Shown: positions 9,202 to 18,256, counted from the stretch's first letter. The stretch is DNA of 64,000 nt from a virus (IMGVR_UViG_2974655483_000001:1-64000); one strand, 5' to 3'. The notes: generated by a model from the sequence alone, not told the origin. Translations and numbers: made by a program.

Positions 9202-11954
9202 TGGCAACTGTACAAAAAAGTTCAAAAATTAATTTTTATAAGTTCGTACAGGTAAAAGATCCTTCGGGCAGTGCTAATCCTGCTGTAAAGGACTCTGATA
9301 TTGCTTTAGCGAAGTCAATAAATACGAGCACTCGTGCAATCAACAACTTAGGAGAGACTGTAAATTCTCTTGCTAAAGTTCTTGTAGATCTTAAAAAAAT
9401 TAATCTTGGTAACTTAGAAGCACAAAGGGCTCAGAAAACTAAATTCAAAGCAGAATATACCAAACCCCAAAAGCAGAAGCAAGGTGGTCTTGTATCTGGT
9501 CTTTTATCAAAAAGTGGAAGTTTTCTAGAGGGACTTCTTAATTTATTTGGAGGTTTATTTAAGTTAGCAGTTATCATCCCAGTTCTTAAATGGTTGGGTG
9601 ATGAAAAAAATCAAAAAGCACTTGTTGCAGGTTTAGAAGTTATTAAGACGGTTGTCAAGTTTATCGCAGATTGGGCAAAATTTAGTATTACAACTACTAT
9701 TGATGGTCTCTATGATTTATTCAAAGATGATGCAAGTTGGCAAGAAAGACTTTTAGGATTTGGTAAAGCAGTTGTTGGTATTGGTTCAATTGTATTGGGT
9801 CTTAGATACTTAAGAAATCCGACTAAGATTATTACTGATATTGCAAAGGGTGTTGGATCTCTGATTTCTCTTATTCGCGGCCGCCGTGGTGGTCGTCTTG
9901 GTAGAAGGGGAGGTGGTCTTGCAAAGATAGCGGTTGGAGCTACTGTAGCAACAACCGCAGTCATGGGCATCAATGCATTAAATAATAAAGATGGGGATGA
10001 AGAGTTTGCACAAGGAGGTTCGGTAAAGAATCTTCCAAGTAGAGCACAAGGAGGATTTATTAATGGACCGCAATCAGGATATCCCGTATCACTGGATGGG
10101 GGGAGATCAACCTCGTTCATTGGACACGGACGTGAATATGTTGCTAGAAAGAGCAATGGGGGAGCTTTCGTCGTTCCTCTTAATACTCCTGGAACAAAAA
10201 CGCAACCCCATCTAACTTCTAAAAGGATGGGTGAAGCACAGAGTCAAGGATTTGACATCGGTGGAATGGTGAATGCATTCCAAGGTGGATTTAATCCAGG
10301 AAAGGGTTTTAATGATCCCATGTCTCAGAATGTTATGCCTAGTTTTGCACCTGAGTCTAAATTTATGTCTCAAGGTGGTGGACTTCCTAGTTTTGCAAAT
10401 GGAGGTGGATTAAATAAGCAAATTTATATGCATTGGACAGCAGGCGGATACAACTGGAAAAATGGTCCATATCATACTACTGTTCAGGGCAATGGTGATC
10501 TATATAAGCATAAACCTTATGACCAACATACTGCACACACATATTATAGAAACACAGGAAATGTAGGTCTTTCGGTCGCTGCAATGAAAGACTACAACTG
10601 GAATTCTTTTGCCCCCAAACCAAAGCAACTTGAGGCAATGACTGCTGAAGCAGCGGTAATTGCTAAAGGTTGGGGTTGGAAACCAGGTGATGTAAGTATT
10701 AGAAATGTTATGACGCACGCAGAAGCAGCGTCGAATAAAGATGGTAGGTCACCTCATGATAACTATGGTCCTACTTGGTGGGGTGGTACGGGTGAAAGGT
10801 CTGACTTACATAAGTTAAAGGGATCTGATAAAGATGGTACAGGTGGCGATAAACTTCGTCAAATGATGAAAAAGTATATGGGTATGAAAAACCCTCCTAT
10901 ATTAAATGAATCTGGACCTGGTGCTGGTGGTGCTGGTGGTCCTAATGGACAACTTAATAGTGGTGAATATAATTTACTACAACGTTTAGTTCTTGCTGAG
11001 GCAGGTGGTGAGGGTAAATTAGGTATGGCATTGGTAGCACGCAGTGTATTGAATCGTGCAGGACTTATTCAATCTAATAAGGTTGGACCTGGAATGTTCA
11101 TGGCAAAAGATAAAAGTGTTACTGGCGTCATTATGGGTAGACGTCAATATCAACCTGTAGAAGATGGATCAATTAATGACGCAAGAAGTAGTACACAGAT
11201 GGCACAAGCTAGAGACGCAATTGAGATGGCAAGAAATACTACAAGTCTTAGGGGCAATCTTGAGGCAGAGGGTATGCGTGCAGAGAATATTAATTATTTG
11301 ATGGGATCAACTGGATTTAGAACTGGTTCTGCGTTCAATGATGAGTCTCAAAATGTTAATGTTGTTAAGTATAAGAATCACTTCTTCAATACTGCAGGAA
11401 ATGCCAGTGTAAAAACTCATATTGCTGAGATTGAAAATGGTGGTACTGGTGGCGGCATTGGTGCTGGTGATTATGGTTCTTCTTATGCAGCAAATTCTGG
11501 TTTTGATATGGACGGCGGTCGTACTGTTTCTAGTGGTGGTAAGACTATTCTTGGGAATTTTTCAGCACCAGTGGCAGGACAACGAAGAAGTGACCAAAAG
11601 TATACATATGGTAATCGCGAAGCAGAGATTAGAGCACAGGGCAGACGAGGCAGTCTTTCACAATCCACTCAACAGCGTAATGATGCAAGATCTCAAATAA
11701 CTGAAAGGACACGCGAGATGGTAGGTGCTGTTATAGAACAAGTTGGACAAGCAAATAATATGAACGCTGAGATGGTTGCAGCAGCATCATCAGCAGTCCA
11801 GAACGCAATGGCAGCAAGTAGACCTGGACCTCCTGTAGTTGTTGGCGGAGGAGGAGGAGGTTCTTCAGGTGGTGGTCTTGGTGGCGCTCTCGTCGGAACT
11901 GCTGCTGCTCTTCTCGGTTCTACTAATAATCCTCTTAAAGGTATCTTCAAATGA
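9201..11954 (+). CDS. tape-measure-like protein B with N-acetylmuramoyl-L-alanine amidase and SleB/Hydrolase_2 domains
   Basis: IYMHWTAG...YH...AHT..RN...GLS...VMTHAE (Zn amidase); LQRLVLAEAGGEG..GM..VA..VLNR...QYQP (SleB-type). Confidence 0.7.
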   Translation: MATVQKSSKINFYKFVQVKDPSGSANPAVKDSDIALAKSINTSTRAINNLGETVNSLAKVLVDLKKINLGNLEAQRAQKTKFKAEYTKPQKQKQGGLVSGLLSKSGSFLEGLLNLFGGLFKLAVIIPVLKWLGDEKNQKALVAGLEVIKTVVKFIADWAKFSITTTIDGLYDLFKDDASWQERLLGFGKAVVGIGSIVLGLRYLRNPTKIITDIAKGVGSLISLIRGRRGGRLGRRGGGLAKIAVGATVATTAVMGINALNNKDGDEEFAQGGSVKNLPSRAQGGFINGPQSGYPVSLDGGRSTSFIGHGREYVARKSNGGAFVVPLNTPGTKTQPHLTSKRMGEAQSQGFDIGGMVNAFQGGFNPGKGFNDPMSQNVMPSFAPESKFMSQGGGLPSFANGGGLNKQIYMHWTAGGYNWKNGPYHTTVQGNGDLYKHKPYDQHTAHTYYRNTGNVGLSVAAMKDYNWNSFAPKPKQLEAMTAEAAVIAKGWGWKPGDVSIRNVMTHAEAASNKDGRSPHDNYGPTWWGGTGERSDLHKLKGSDKDGTGGDKLRQMMKKYMGMKNPPILNESGPGAGGAGGPNGQLNSGEYNLLQRLVLAEAGGEGKLGMALVARSVLNRAGLIQSNKVGPGMFMAKDKSVTGVIMGRRQYQPVEDGSINDARSSTQMAQARDAIEMARNTTSLRGNLEAEGMRAENINYLMGSTGFRTGSAFNDESQNVNVVKYKNHFFNTAGNASVKTHIAEIENGGTGGGIGAGDYGSSYAANSGFDMDGGRTVSSGGKTILGNFSAPVAGQRRSDQKYTYGNREAEIRAQGRRGSLSQSTQQRNDARSQITERTREMVGAVIEQVGQANNMNAEMVAAASSAVQNAMAASRPGPPVVVGGGGGGSSGGGLGGALVGTAAALLGSTNNPLKGIFK

Positions 11955-13324
11955 CAATTTTTAGGGAAAATCCTGGTGATGTAGATATCTCCGTAACTGT
12001 CTTTCGTGACGGTGAAAAATTAAAGTCTCCTACAGGTCAATACGAACTTAAGGATTTTGTTAGGGGATTCCAGGTATATGAATCTATTACTTCTGCTACA
12101 ATGGAAGCAAAGATTGTCATTGAAGATTCTGCTGGCATGATTAATGCCTTCACAGGGTCTGAACTTTTTCGGGTGAAAATTGTAGGAAGTATTATTGATC
12201 GAACATTTTTTATGCGTTCATATACTATCCTATCCCGTTCTAGAACAAATCAAGATACTGATGTTTATATTATTAACTTAGCATCAGATGAGTTTATTAA
12301 AAATGAAGCAGTAAATATGTTCGGCATGACCGAGGTCATTTTTAATAATAAAACTGAAACTTCTCAGATTGTTGAAACTATATTAAAGAATACCAAATAT
12401 ATTGGCAGTAAAAAAAGACTATATCTGGAAGAAACATTGAATGATCATAAGTTCATCATTCCTAATTGGAGACCATTTGATGCAATTTACTGGATGACTG
12501 AGCGATCCATTCGTAAATCAGCAGGCACTGCATTACAAAATGGATTTGCATTTTTTGAAAATGCATTGGGGTATCATTATAAGTCTATCGATAAGATGAT
12601 TGAAGATGCTAATGATATGGATTCTAGTAAATCTACTAATGTTAATACTGGACAACCAAGATTGTACAGGTATACTCAATCACCAAAGAATTTAGAAGGT
12701 GATGGTGCTGCAGATCAATATAAAATTACTTCTGTAGTTTTTCCTGAGGAGAAGAACTTTTTGATGGGATTACGACATGGTGCATGGTCTGGTTATAGTA
12801 TCGGATTTGATCCAACTACCATCACACAATCTAAAATGGGTATTAGTACAGACATCTCTGTAGATGCTCATTATTATAATATCAACACATACTGGAATAG
12901 TATGTCGCACTTAAAAGATGGAGGTAATAAGAATATTATCACCGCTATGGATAAGGGAGTTCAGCAATTAATTGAGTATCCGAAGAGAGTTAGATACTCA
13001 ATCCTTCCGAATCAAATTTTTGATCCGAAGTATCAAAATAATCCTCAAAAAAATTACGAGTCACTCGTAGAACTCCAGGCATACCAATGGATGAGGATTG
13101 AAAGTCTAAAAACTATTAAACTACAAATAATTATTCCAGGAAATATGGATTTGTATGTTGGTTCGGGAATTGATATCGTTATTCCTACTACATCAAGATC
13201 GGGAAGTACTCCTAAAAGAGACCCTAGATACAGTGGTAGGTATCTAATTGCTAGCTTGACTCATGATACTAATGGCACTAGTATGACTACAGAATTACTT
13301 CTAATGAAGGATTCTACCATATAA
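11951..13324 (+). CDS. gp27-like baseplate hub protein
   Basis: YESI...M.A...IEDS, IPNWRPFDAI.W, FFEN..G.HYKSID, IPGN..L..G..I.I, SGRYLI..L.H. Confidence 0.7.
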   Translation: MTIFRENPGDVDISVTVFRDGEKLKSPTGQYELKDFVRGFQVYESITSATMEAKIVIEDSAGMINAFTGSELFRVKIVGSIIDRTFFMRSYTILSRSRTNQDTDVYIINLASDEFIKNEAVNMFGMTEVIFNNKTETSQIVETILKNTKYIGSKKRLYLEETLNDHKFIIPNWRPFDAIYWMTERSIRKSAGTALQNGFAFFENALGYHYKSIDKMIEDANDMDSSKSTNVNTGQPRLYRYTQSPKNLEGDGAADQYKITSVVFPEEKNFLMGLRHGAWSGYSIGFDPTTITQSKMGISTDISVDAHYYNINTYWNSMSHLKDGGNKNIITAMDKGVQQLIEYPKRVRYSILPNQIFDPKYQNNPQKNYESLVELQAYQWMRIESLKTIKLQIIIPGNMDLYVGSGIDIVIPTTSRSGSTPKRDPRYSGRYLIASLTHDTNGTSMTTELLLMKDSTI

Positions 13325-13356
13325 ATCAAATAAATATTATTACAAAAGGAGGATAC

Positions 13357-13584
13357 ATGGAAAGTATCGAGAAGCATATTGCTGTTGACAAAGAGATCCT
13401 AGACAGTCCGTCTACATCTCCACAACAACGCCGTCACATTGAAGGCGAGTTGCATGAGTTAGAAGAGTATGTAGAGCATCACAAGAAAGAAATCGAAGCA
13501 GGAGATCATCACGATCCCACTTATCTAGAATTATTTTGTGATTCTAATCCATCAGAACCAGAATGTTTGGTTTACGAGGATTGA
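13357..13584 (+). CDS. cp12: CP12 Calvin-cycle inhibitor (auxiliary metabolic gene)
   Basis: C-terminal LELFCDSNPSEPECLVYED; AGGAGG RBS and AATAAATA late-type motif upstream. Confidence 0.92.
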   Translation: MESIEKHIAVDKEILDSPSTSPQQRRHIEGELHELEEYVEHHKKEIEAGDHHDPTYLELFCDSNPSEPECLVYED

Positions 13585-13585
13585 C

Positions 13586-13614
13586 TTGACAAGATAGTAC
13601 ATTTCTTTTAGAAT
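13586..13614 (+). promoter_or_regulatory. sigma70-type promoter for cpeT
   Basis: TTGACA-17bp-TAGAAT. Confidence 0.7.
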
Positions 13615-13640
13615 AACCATGTAAGGGTTCAGAGATTGGT

Positions 13641-14099
13641 ATGGCTAAATTTGAAGACTATATTCTAGGTCACTGGGAAAACCGTCATCAGGCACAATCT
13701 GATCCCTGCAATTGGGTTTCTGTAGAAATTATTTGGAAACATCATGATGATGGATTCCAATCTATAAATTTTAAGAGACGAGAAGGTCCCGATTCTCCTT
13801 ATCGTCAGAAAAATCACAAGATTATTGAACTGTCTGATACAGAAGTGATAGTAGAGAACTATCACTTGGACTGGACAAGACACGAAGATTGTGATATGAT
13901 ATTTAAGTTCGATGGACATGCTTGGCATGGCGAACTTGCTGGAGACAAATGTAGAGGTTATAAGGGAGACCGTGTAATCTCTGAAATACATGTCTATAAA
14001 GACAAACTACATACTTGTGACCAAGGAAGAAACTTGGAAACAGATGAACTTATGTGGGGTAGTACAGAACTGTATCGCTTCACTAGGAAGCCCGAATAG
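13641..14099 (+). CDS. cpeT: CpcT/CpeT-type phycobilin lyase
   Basis: G.W.N..QAQ..P, PYRQ, CD..F, DQG......WGS....Y.F. Confidence 0.88.
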   Translation: MAKFEDYILGHWENRHQAQSDPCNWVSVEIIWKHHDDGFQSINFKRREGPDSPYRQKNHKIIELSDTEVIVENYHLDWTRHEDCDMIFKFDGHAWHGELAGDKCRGYKGDRVISEIHVYKDKLHTCDQGRNLETDELMWGSTELYRFTRKPE

Positions 14100-14161
14100 C
14101 TCAGCGGTAGAGCACCTCCTTTACACGGAGATTGTCGGGGGTTCGATCCCCTCTTCGGGCA
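14090..14161 (+). tRNA. trnV: tRNA-Val (TAC)
   Basis: GCCCGAA/TTCGGGC acceptor, TAGCTCAG D-arm, loop TTTACAC, GGTTCGATCCC T-arm; no encoded CCA. Confidence 0.93.
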
Positions 14162-14174
14162 TTGTCAATTTACT

Positions 14175-14861
14175 ATGACACTTATGAAACTTCGTAATGT
14201 AATCCTTGCTGCACTTGCTGCATCTGCCTTGGTTATTCCTGTACAAGCAGAACCAATTAAAGAAAGTGAATACAAGACTATGCATTCTATGGGATGTATG
14301 CTCTTGAGAGATTGTACTGATGATGTGATGAAGGTAACTTCTATGCTTGATATCTCATCACAATATGATAACACTGAAGAATTTACTGGTGTCACTGGTG
14401 AGTTTCATAATATGTTGCACTCACTTAATCTAATTGGTGTGAATGTATTCCTTGCTGATGAGAAGTATTTTCCTGCAGGACATCGTGGTGTCTATCACAC
14501 TGTCTCCAATAACTTCTTTCTAAACAAGAACTTTATGGGTAGTCCAGGTACTCTGATGATGGTCATGAGACATGAAGGATGGCACGCTGCACAAGATTGT
14601 ATGGCAGGAACTATTGATAATAGTTTGATTGCTATCATCAAACCAGAGGATGAAGTTCCTATGATCTGGCGTGTTATGGCAGAGCGTACATATCCAGCAA
14701 ATGCTGTACCTTGGGAAGCAGAAGCAGGTTGGGCAGGTCGTACTGAAAACATGACAATGAATGCCTTAGCAGCATGTGCTGGTGGTAAGATGTGGGAAGT
14801 TTACGAACCAACTCCTTTGACTCGTAAATATCTTGAGGACAATGGATACCTTAATAAATAA
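14175..14861 (+). CDS. secreted HExxH zinc-metallopeptidase-like cyanophage protein
   Basis: Signal peptide; RHEGWHAAQDC and downstream WEAEA. Confidence 0.65.
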   Translation: MTLMKLRNVILAALAASALVIPVQAEPIKESEYKTMHSMGCMLLRDCTDDVMKVTSMLDISSQYDNTEEFTGVTGEFHNMLHSLNLIGVNVFLADEKYFPAGHRGVYHTVSNNFFLNKNFMGSPGTLMMVMRHEGWHAAQDCMAGTIDNSLIAIIKPEDEVPMIWRVMAERTYPANAVPWEAEAGWAGRTENMTMNALAACAGGKMWEVYEPTPLTRKYLEDNGYLNK

Positions 14862-14885
14862 TTGATGTAAGGATAGAATGTACCC

Positions 14886-17465
14886 ATGCCAATTGACGGT
14901 ATTATTAATGAACCTACAATTAATTTCGTCGGTAAAGATGGATTTTACTGGTGGGTTGGTGAAGTAGAGGATAATGAAGATCCTATGGAACTTGGGCGAG
15001 TAAAAGTCCGAGTTCTTGGATATTATACTAATGTAAGAGGTGGAACAACTGCAGATCTTCCTACAGAAGCATTACCATGGGCAACTGTACTACAGCATAC
15101 CTCTCAACCAGGTAATGATGGACAGGGCGAAAGTTCTGGACAGTTGCAACCAGGTGCAATTGTTATGGGATTCTTCATGGATGGAGAAAATGCTCAAATG
15201 CCCATTGTTATGGGTGTCATGCGTGTTAATAAATCTTTGGAGACTAGTGATAAGAATGTCTTTGCCTTTACAGGTGAAACTATGGAACCAGGTAGTACTG
15301 GTCATGTAAATCCAGTCTTATATAATCCTGCAGATCCAACTTATAGTGTAGTTAACGAGAGAGGTAGTCAAGGTAATAAGGCAAGAGGTGGTGAAAATAA
15401 TAGTGTTCCTATACCTGGCAATACAAAAACAACTCCTGTTGCTGGATTAGGAGCTCCAGGTACAGGTGTCGGTAATAGAGTTTCGGGTAGTTCTGGAAAT
15501 CCCTCAAAACCAAAGACGGTAACGAACCCTATTCCTGCTGCAAATGGTGTTGGTGGACCATGGAAAACGTTAGAGTATCAACTATCTTATCTTGTAGAAG
15601 ACCTTGCATCTCATGCAGGTAACTTAGTTAAAGCAGAAGATGGTGATTTTTTAAATATTGTTACAGGTAAACTTGTTAGTGCAAAAGCACTAATGGCAAA
15701 GATTCAAAACTTTTTAGGTGCTGTATTTGCTCAAATTGTTGCTGCAATCAGACAACAGATTAGTGCTCTTGCTGAACAACTAGAGTTAGTGAATCTTTTA
15801 GGTTCGATTGGTGCAGGAATTCCTCTTGCTCTCACAACAGCAATTCAGGCAGCAGTCGTTGCTATCTTAAAAGCATTGTGTGTGGTCGATAATCAGTTGA
15901 TTGGCATGGTTCAAGACCCTATTGGAGCAATAACAAATCAGTTAAATTCATTTTTGGATGGTCTGATTGATAAGGCAGCACTGGTTGTTCAAGGTGTTCA
16001 GGAAATCATTGATAGTGTTGTTTGCAGTGTGCAGTCAGTTCTTTCTACCATGCTGTCTGTAGTTGATACTGTAAAGACTATCGTGCAAGGATTTGACCAA
16101 GCAACTGCTATTATTGATGCATGGCAACAAGGTTCTGAAATCTTTGCTGAAGGATTTGATGGTCTTGTAAACGGTATTACAAGTCTCACAGGTCTTATTC
16201 AGTTATTCATTAAATTTATTCCTACTGGTTGTGGTAGAAGTGCTGATGGTGGTAAAGATACTGTTGGTTGGTATCCTTTATATGGTGTAACTCATTGTAC
16301 TCCAGAAGAATTGGAGTCAATCAACAAGATCATGGGTATTGATAGGGGAAGAAAATCTTGTGGAGATGCTTTTGGTGCTGGTTCTCTTGTAGATTCTATT
16401 ATAGAAAAAGCAGATCCTTATCTAGTTTCTGCAAAAACATTTTTAGATGGTGCCTATGAATTGCATGTTGGTACTCCTGGTCGTCAAGCAAGTGTTACAA
16501 AAGCTGCTAGTGGCACTACACATACCTCTACAAATATTAATCAGTCAGCAGCAGGTGAATATGAGGCAAGGAAACAAGCAAGAGAAAAAAATCCCGATAT
16601 TTCTGCAGAAGACCTTGAAGCAGCAGTATCTAAGTATAAAAAAGATACAAACTCTGGTAAAGGAAATGATGGTTCATTAGTTGCCGATGATGTCAGTTAC
16701 GCAGGTAACTTAACTGCATCAGTTGCTGGTGATGACTGTAAAGTTGTTGATAATGATTATGTCAGAACTATTAATGGAGATTATTTCTTAAAAGTTACTG
16801 GTAACTGTCACCTTGAAGTTGGTGGTGGATTCTTTTTGTCTGCTGAAGGTGCTCCTAGACTGGTAGATAAGAACGGGGAAAAAAATTCATCAGGGCAAAA
16901 AATTCAGAAACACACCATGAGATTTGGTTCTGATGTTGATTTGAATGTTTCTGGTGCTAGATTGAATATGCAATCAGCAGAAATGGATATTCATGCAAAT
17001 AAGCATCAAGTTTCTGGTGCATCCATGGATAATAGTTGTTCTAAGCAAACTTATGCTGCTGGTGAACTTATCCTCGCGGGGGATAGTACAATTAATATGT
17101 CCACAACACACTTAACTCAACTGATTAATACTCCACCTAATCCATTGGCGGCAAAAGTTGGTATTACTACAGTGTGTGCAGGATCTATTATCACAACACA
17201 AATTCCTGGAGCATTGAATGGTGTTGATACTGTTCCTACCAACTCGATTATCATTGCAGCAGGAACTATTACTCGACAGTGTGGAGCAGGGGGATATAAC
17301 TTAAACGTTGCTGCTGGCGCATATGTTTGTAATGTTGCAGCAGGTGCATGGACAACAAACGTTGCTTCTGGTGCCGTAACCCTCACTGCTGGTGCTGGTG
17401 CCATGGCATTAACTGCTGCTGCTGGCATTATGCAACTGACTGCTCTGACAATTAAACTGAACTGA
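14886..17465 (+). CDS. gp5: baseplate hub / central spike
   Basis: WWVGEVED..DP..LGRVKVRV.G, LPWA, V.GFF.DG..AQ.P..MG OB-fold; C-terminal beta-helix repeats; AATAAATA upstream. Confidence 0.9.
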   Translation: MPIDGIINEPTINFVGKDGFYWWVGEVEDNEDPMELGRVKVRVLGYYTNVRGGTTADLPTEALPWATVLQHTSQPGNDGQGESSGQLQPGAIVMGFFMDGENAQMPIVMGVMRVNKSLETSDKNVFAFTGETMEPGSTGHVNPVLYNPADPTYSVVNERGSQGNKARGGENNSVPIPGNTKTTPVAGLGAPGTGVGNRVSGSSGNPSKPKTVTNPIPAANGVGGPWKTLEYQLSYLVEDLASHAGNLVKAEDGDFLNIVTGKLVSAKALMAKIQNFLGAVFAQIVAAIRQQISALAEQLELVNLLGSIGAGIPLALTTAIQAAVVAILKALCVVDNQLIGMVQDPIGAITNQLNSFLDGLIDKAALVVQGVQEIIDSVVCSVQSVLSTMLSVVDTVKTIVQGFDQATAIIDAWQQGSEIFAEGFDGLVNGITSLTGLIQLFIKFIPTGCGRSADGGKDTVGWYPLYGVTHCTPEELESINKIMGIDRGRKSCGDAFGAGSLVDSIIEKADPYLVSAKTFLDGAYELHVGTPGRQASVTKAASGTTHTSTNINQSAAGEYEARKQAREKNPDISAEDLEAAVSKYKKDTNSGKGNDGSLVADDVSYAGNLTASVAGDDCKVVDNDYVRTINGDYFLKVTGNCHLEVGGGFFLSAEGAPRLVDKNGEKNSSGQKIQKHTMRFGSDVDLNVSGARLNMQSAEMDIHANKHQVSGASMDNSCSKQTYAAGELILAGDSTINMSTTHLTQLINTPPNPLAAKVGITTVCAGSIITTQIPGALNGVDTVPTNSIIIAAGTITRQCGAGGYNLNVAAGAYVCNVAAGAWTTNVASGAVTLTAGAGAMALTAAAGIMQLTALTIKLN

Positions 17466-17468
17466 CCC

Positions 17469-17497
17469 TTGACACCCTACCTCAGACCTGCTATACT
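17469..17497 (+). promoter_or_regulatory. sigma70-type promoter
   Basis: TTGACA-17bp-TATACT with extended TG. Confidence 0.8.
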
Positions 17498-17520
17498 ACA
17501 TAGGTACTGAAGAGACCAGC

Positions 17521-17712
17521 ATGGATTCCCTCTCACACATCTTCGTAAACTTCTCCAAACGCAAAATGACTCTGGTTGATGACGAAGGATATGAGAAGGA
17601 TGTTCAATGGAAGTTCGATGACGAAGGTTCCGAAGGATTTGCTGAAACAATCTCTGAAGTTCAAGAGATTATTGATAATGATTTGATTACCTATTGCTTT
17701 GCTGTACGATGA
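17521..17712 (+). CDS. hypothetical acidic protein
   Basis: 63 aa ORF directly downstream of the promoter. Confidence 0.65.
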   Translation: MDSLSHIFVNFSKRKMTLVDDEGYEKDVQWKFDDEGSEGFAETISEVQEIIDNDLITYCFAVR

Positions 17713-17927
17713 TTGGACCAATTGGAGTTACATTAGAACAAGCAGAAGATAACTTTGAGTTTCTCTTAGATCTGACTGATAATCAAAGAGTTGTTTGGAA
17801 GATTACTCGTCCTGATGGTAAATCTGTAATGATGGTTCCTGTAAACGAAGTCTCTCCTATTCCTGATGAGATTCAAACTCAGGTAGATGAATTCCAAAAA
17901 CAATTTCTGGAGACTAATGAGACCTGA
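17709..17927 (+). CDS. Phd/YefM-like small protein
   Basis: VTLEQAEDNFEFLLDL...VWKITRPDGKSVMMVP matches the Phd beta-alpha-alpha-beta-beta pattern; ATGA-coupled start at 17709. Confidence 0.5.
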   Translation: MIGPIGVTLEQAEDNFEFLLDLTDNQRVVWKITRPDGKSVMMVPVNEVSPIPDEIQTQVDEFQKQFLETNET

Positions 17928-18156
17928 AACTCGTGAATCAATGGAAAATCTTTGGTCTGCCAAATGGAACTTGCCAAAAGCAGCAAAGAATGCTAACCTA
18001 ACTCATAAGGAGATGAAAATCATCTTTAACGAGTATTGTGCTTTTCATCCTCCTACCTGGGAAATTGGTAACACCAAACAAATTGGGGTGCTCCACATTG
18101 ATGGGAGTGTGGCGGAATCGGTAGACGCACCAGACTTAAAATCTGTTGAGAATTAA
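17917..18156 (+). CDS. hypothetical cyanophage protein (3' end runs into tRNA-Leu)
   Basis: MRPETRESMENLWSAKWNLPKAA...LT..EMK..F..YC. Confidence 0.65.
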   Translation: MRPETRESMENLWSAKWNLPKAAKNANLTHKEMKIIFNEYCAFHPPTWEIGNTKQIGVLHIDGSVAESVDAPDLKSVEN

Positions 18157-18187
18157 TCTCGTGGGGGTTCAAGTCCCCCCACTCCTA
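18103..18187 (+). tRNA. trnL: tRNA-Leu (TAA)
   Basis: GGGAGTG/CACTCCT acceptor, GGCGGAATCGGTAGACGC D-arm, CTTAAAA loop, long variable arm, GGTTCAAGTCC. Confidence 0.93.
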
Positions 18188-18256
18188 TATACCTGGGGGA
18201 GTACAAAAGATCTGCATGTAGAAGCAGCGCCCCCCTTTACATAATGAGAAAGTAGT

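Noticed and set aside
6450-11950. Pro/Ala-rich minus-strand ORFs such as 6945-7688 and 9710-10156
   Set aside because: Antisense shadows of Gly/Ala-rich GGT/GCA codons in the tape-measure-like genes.
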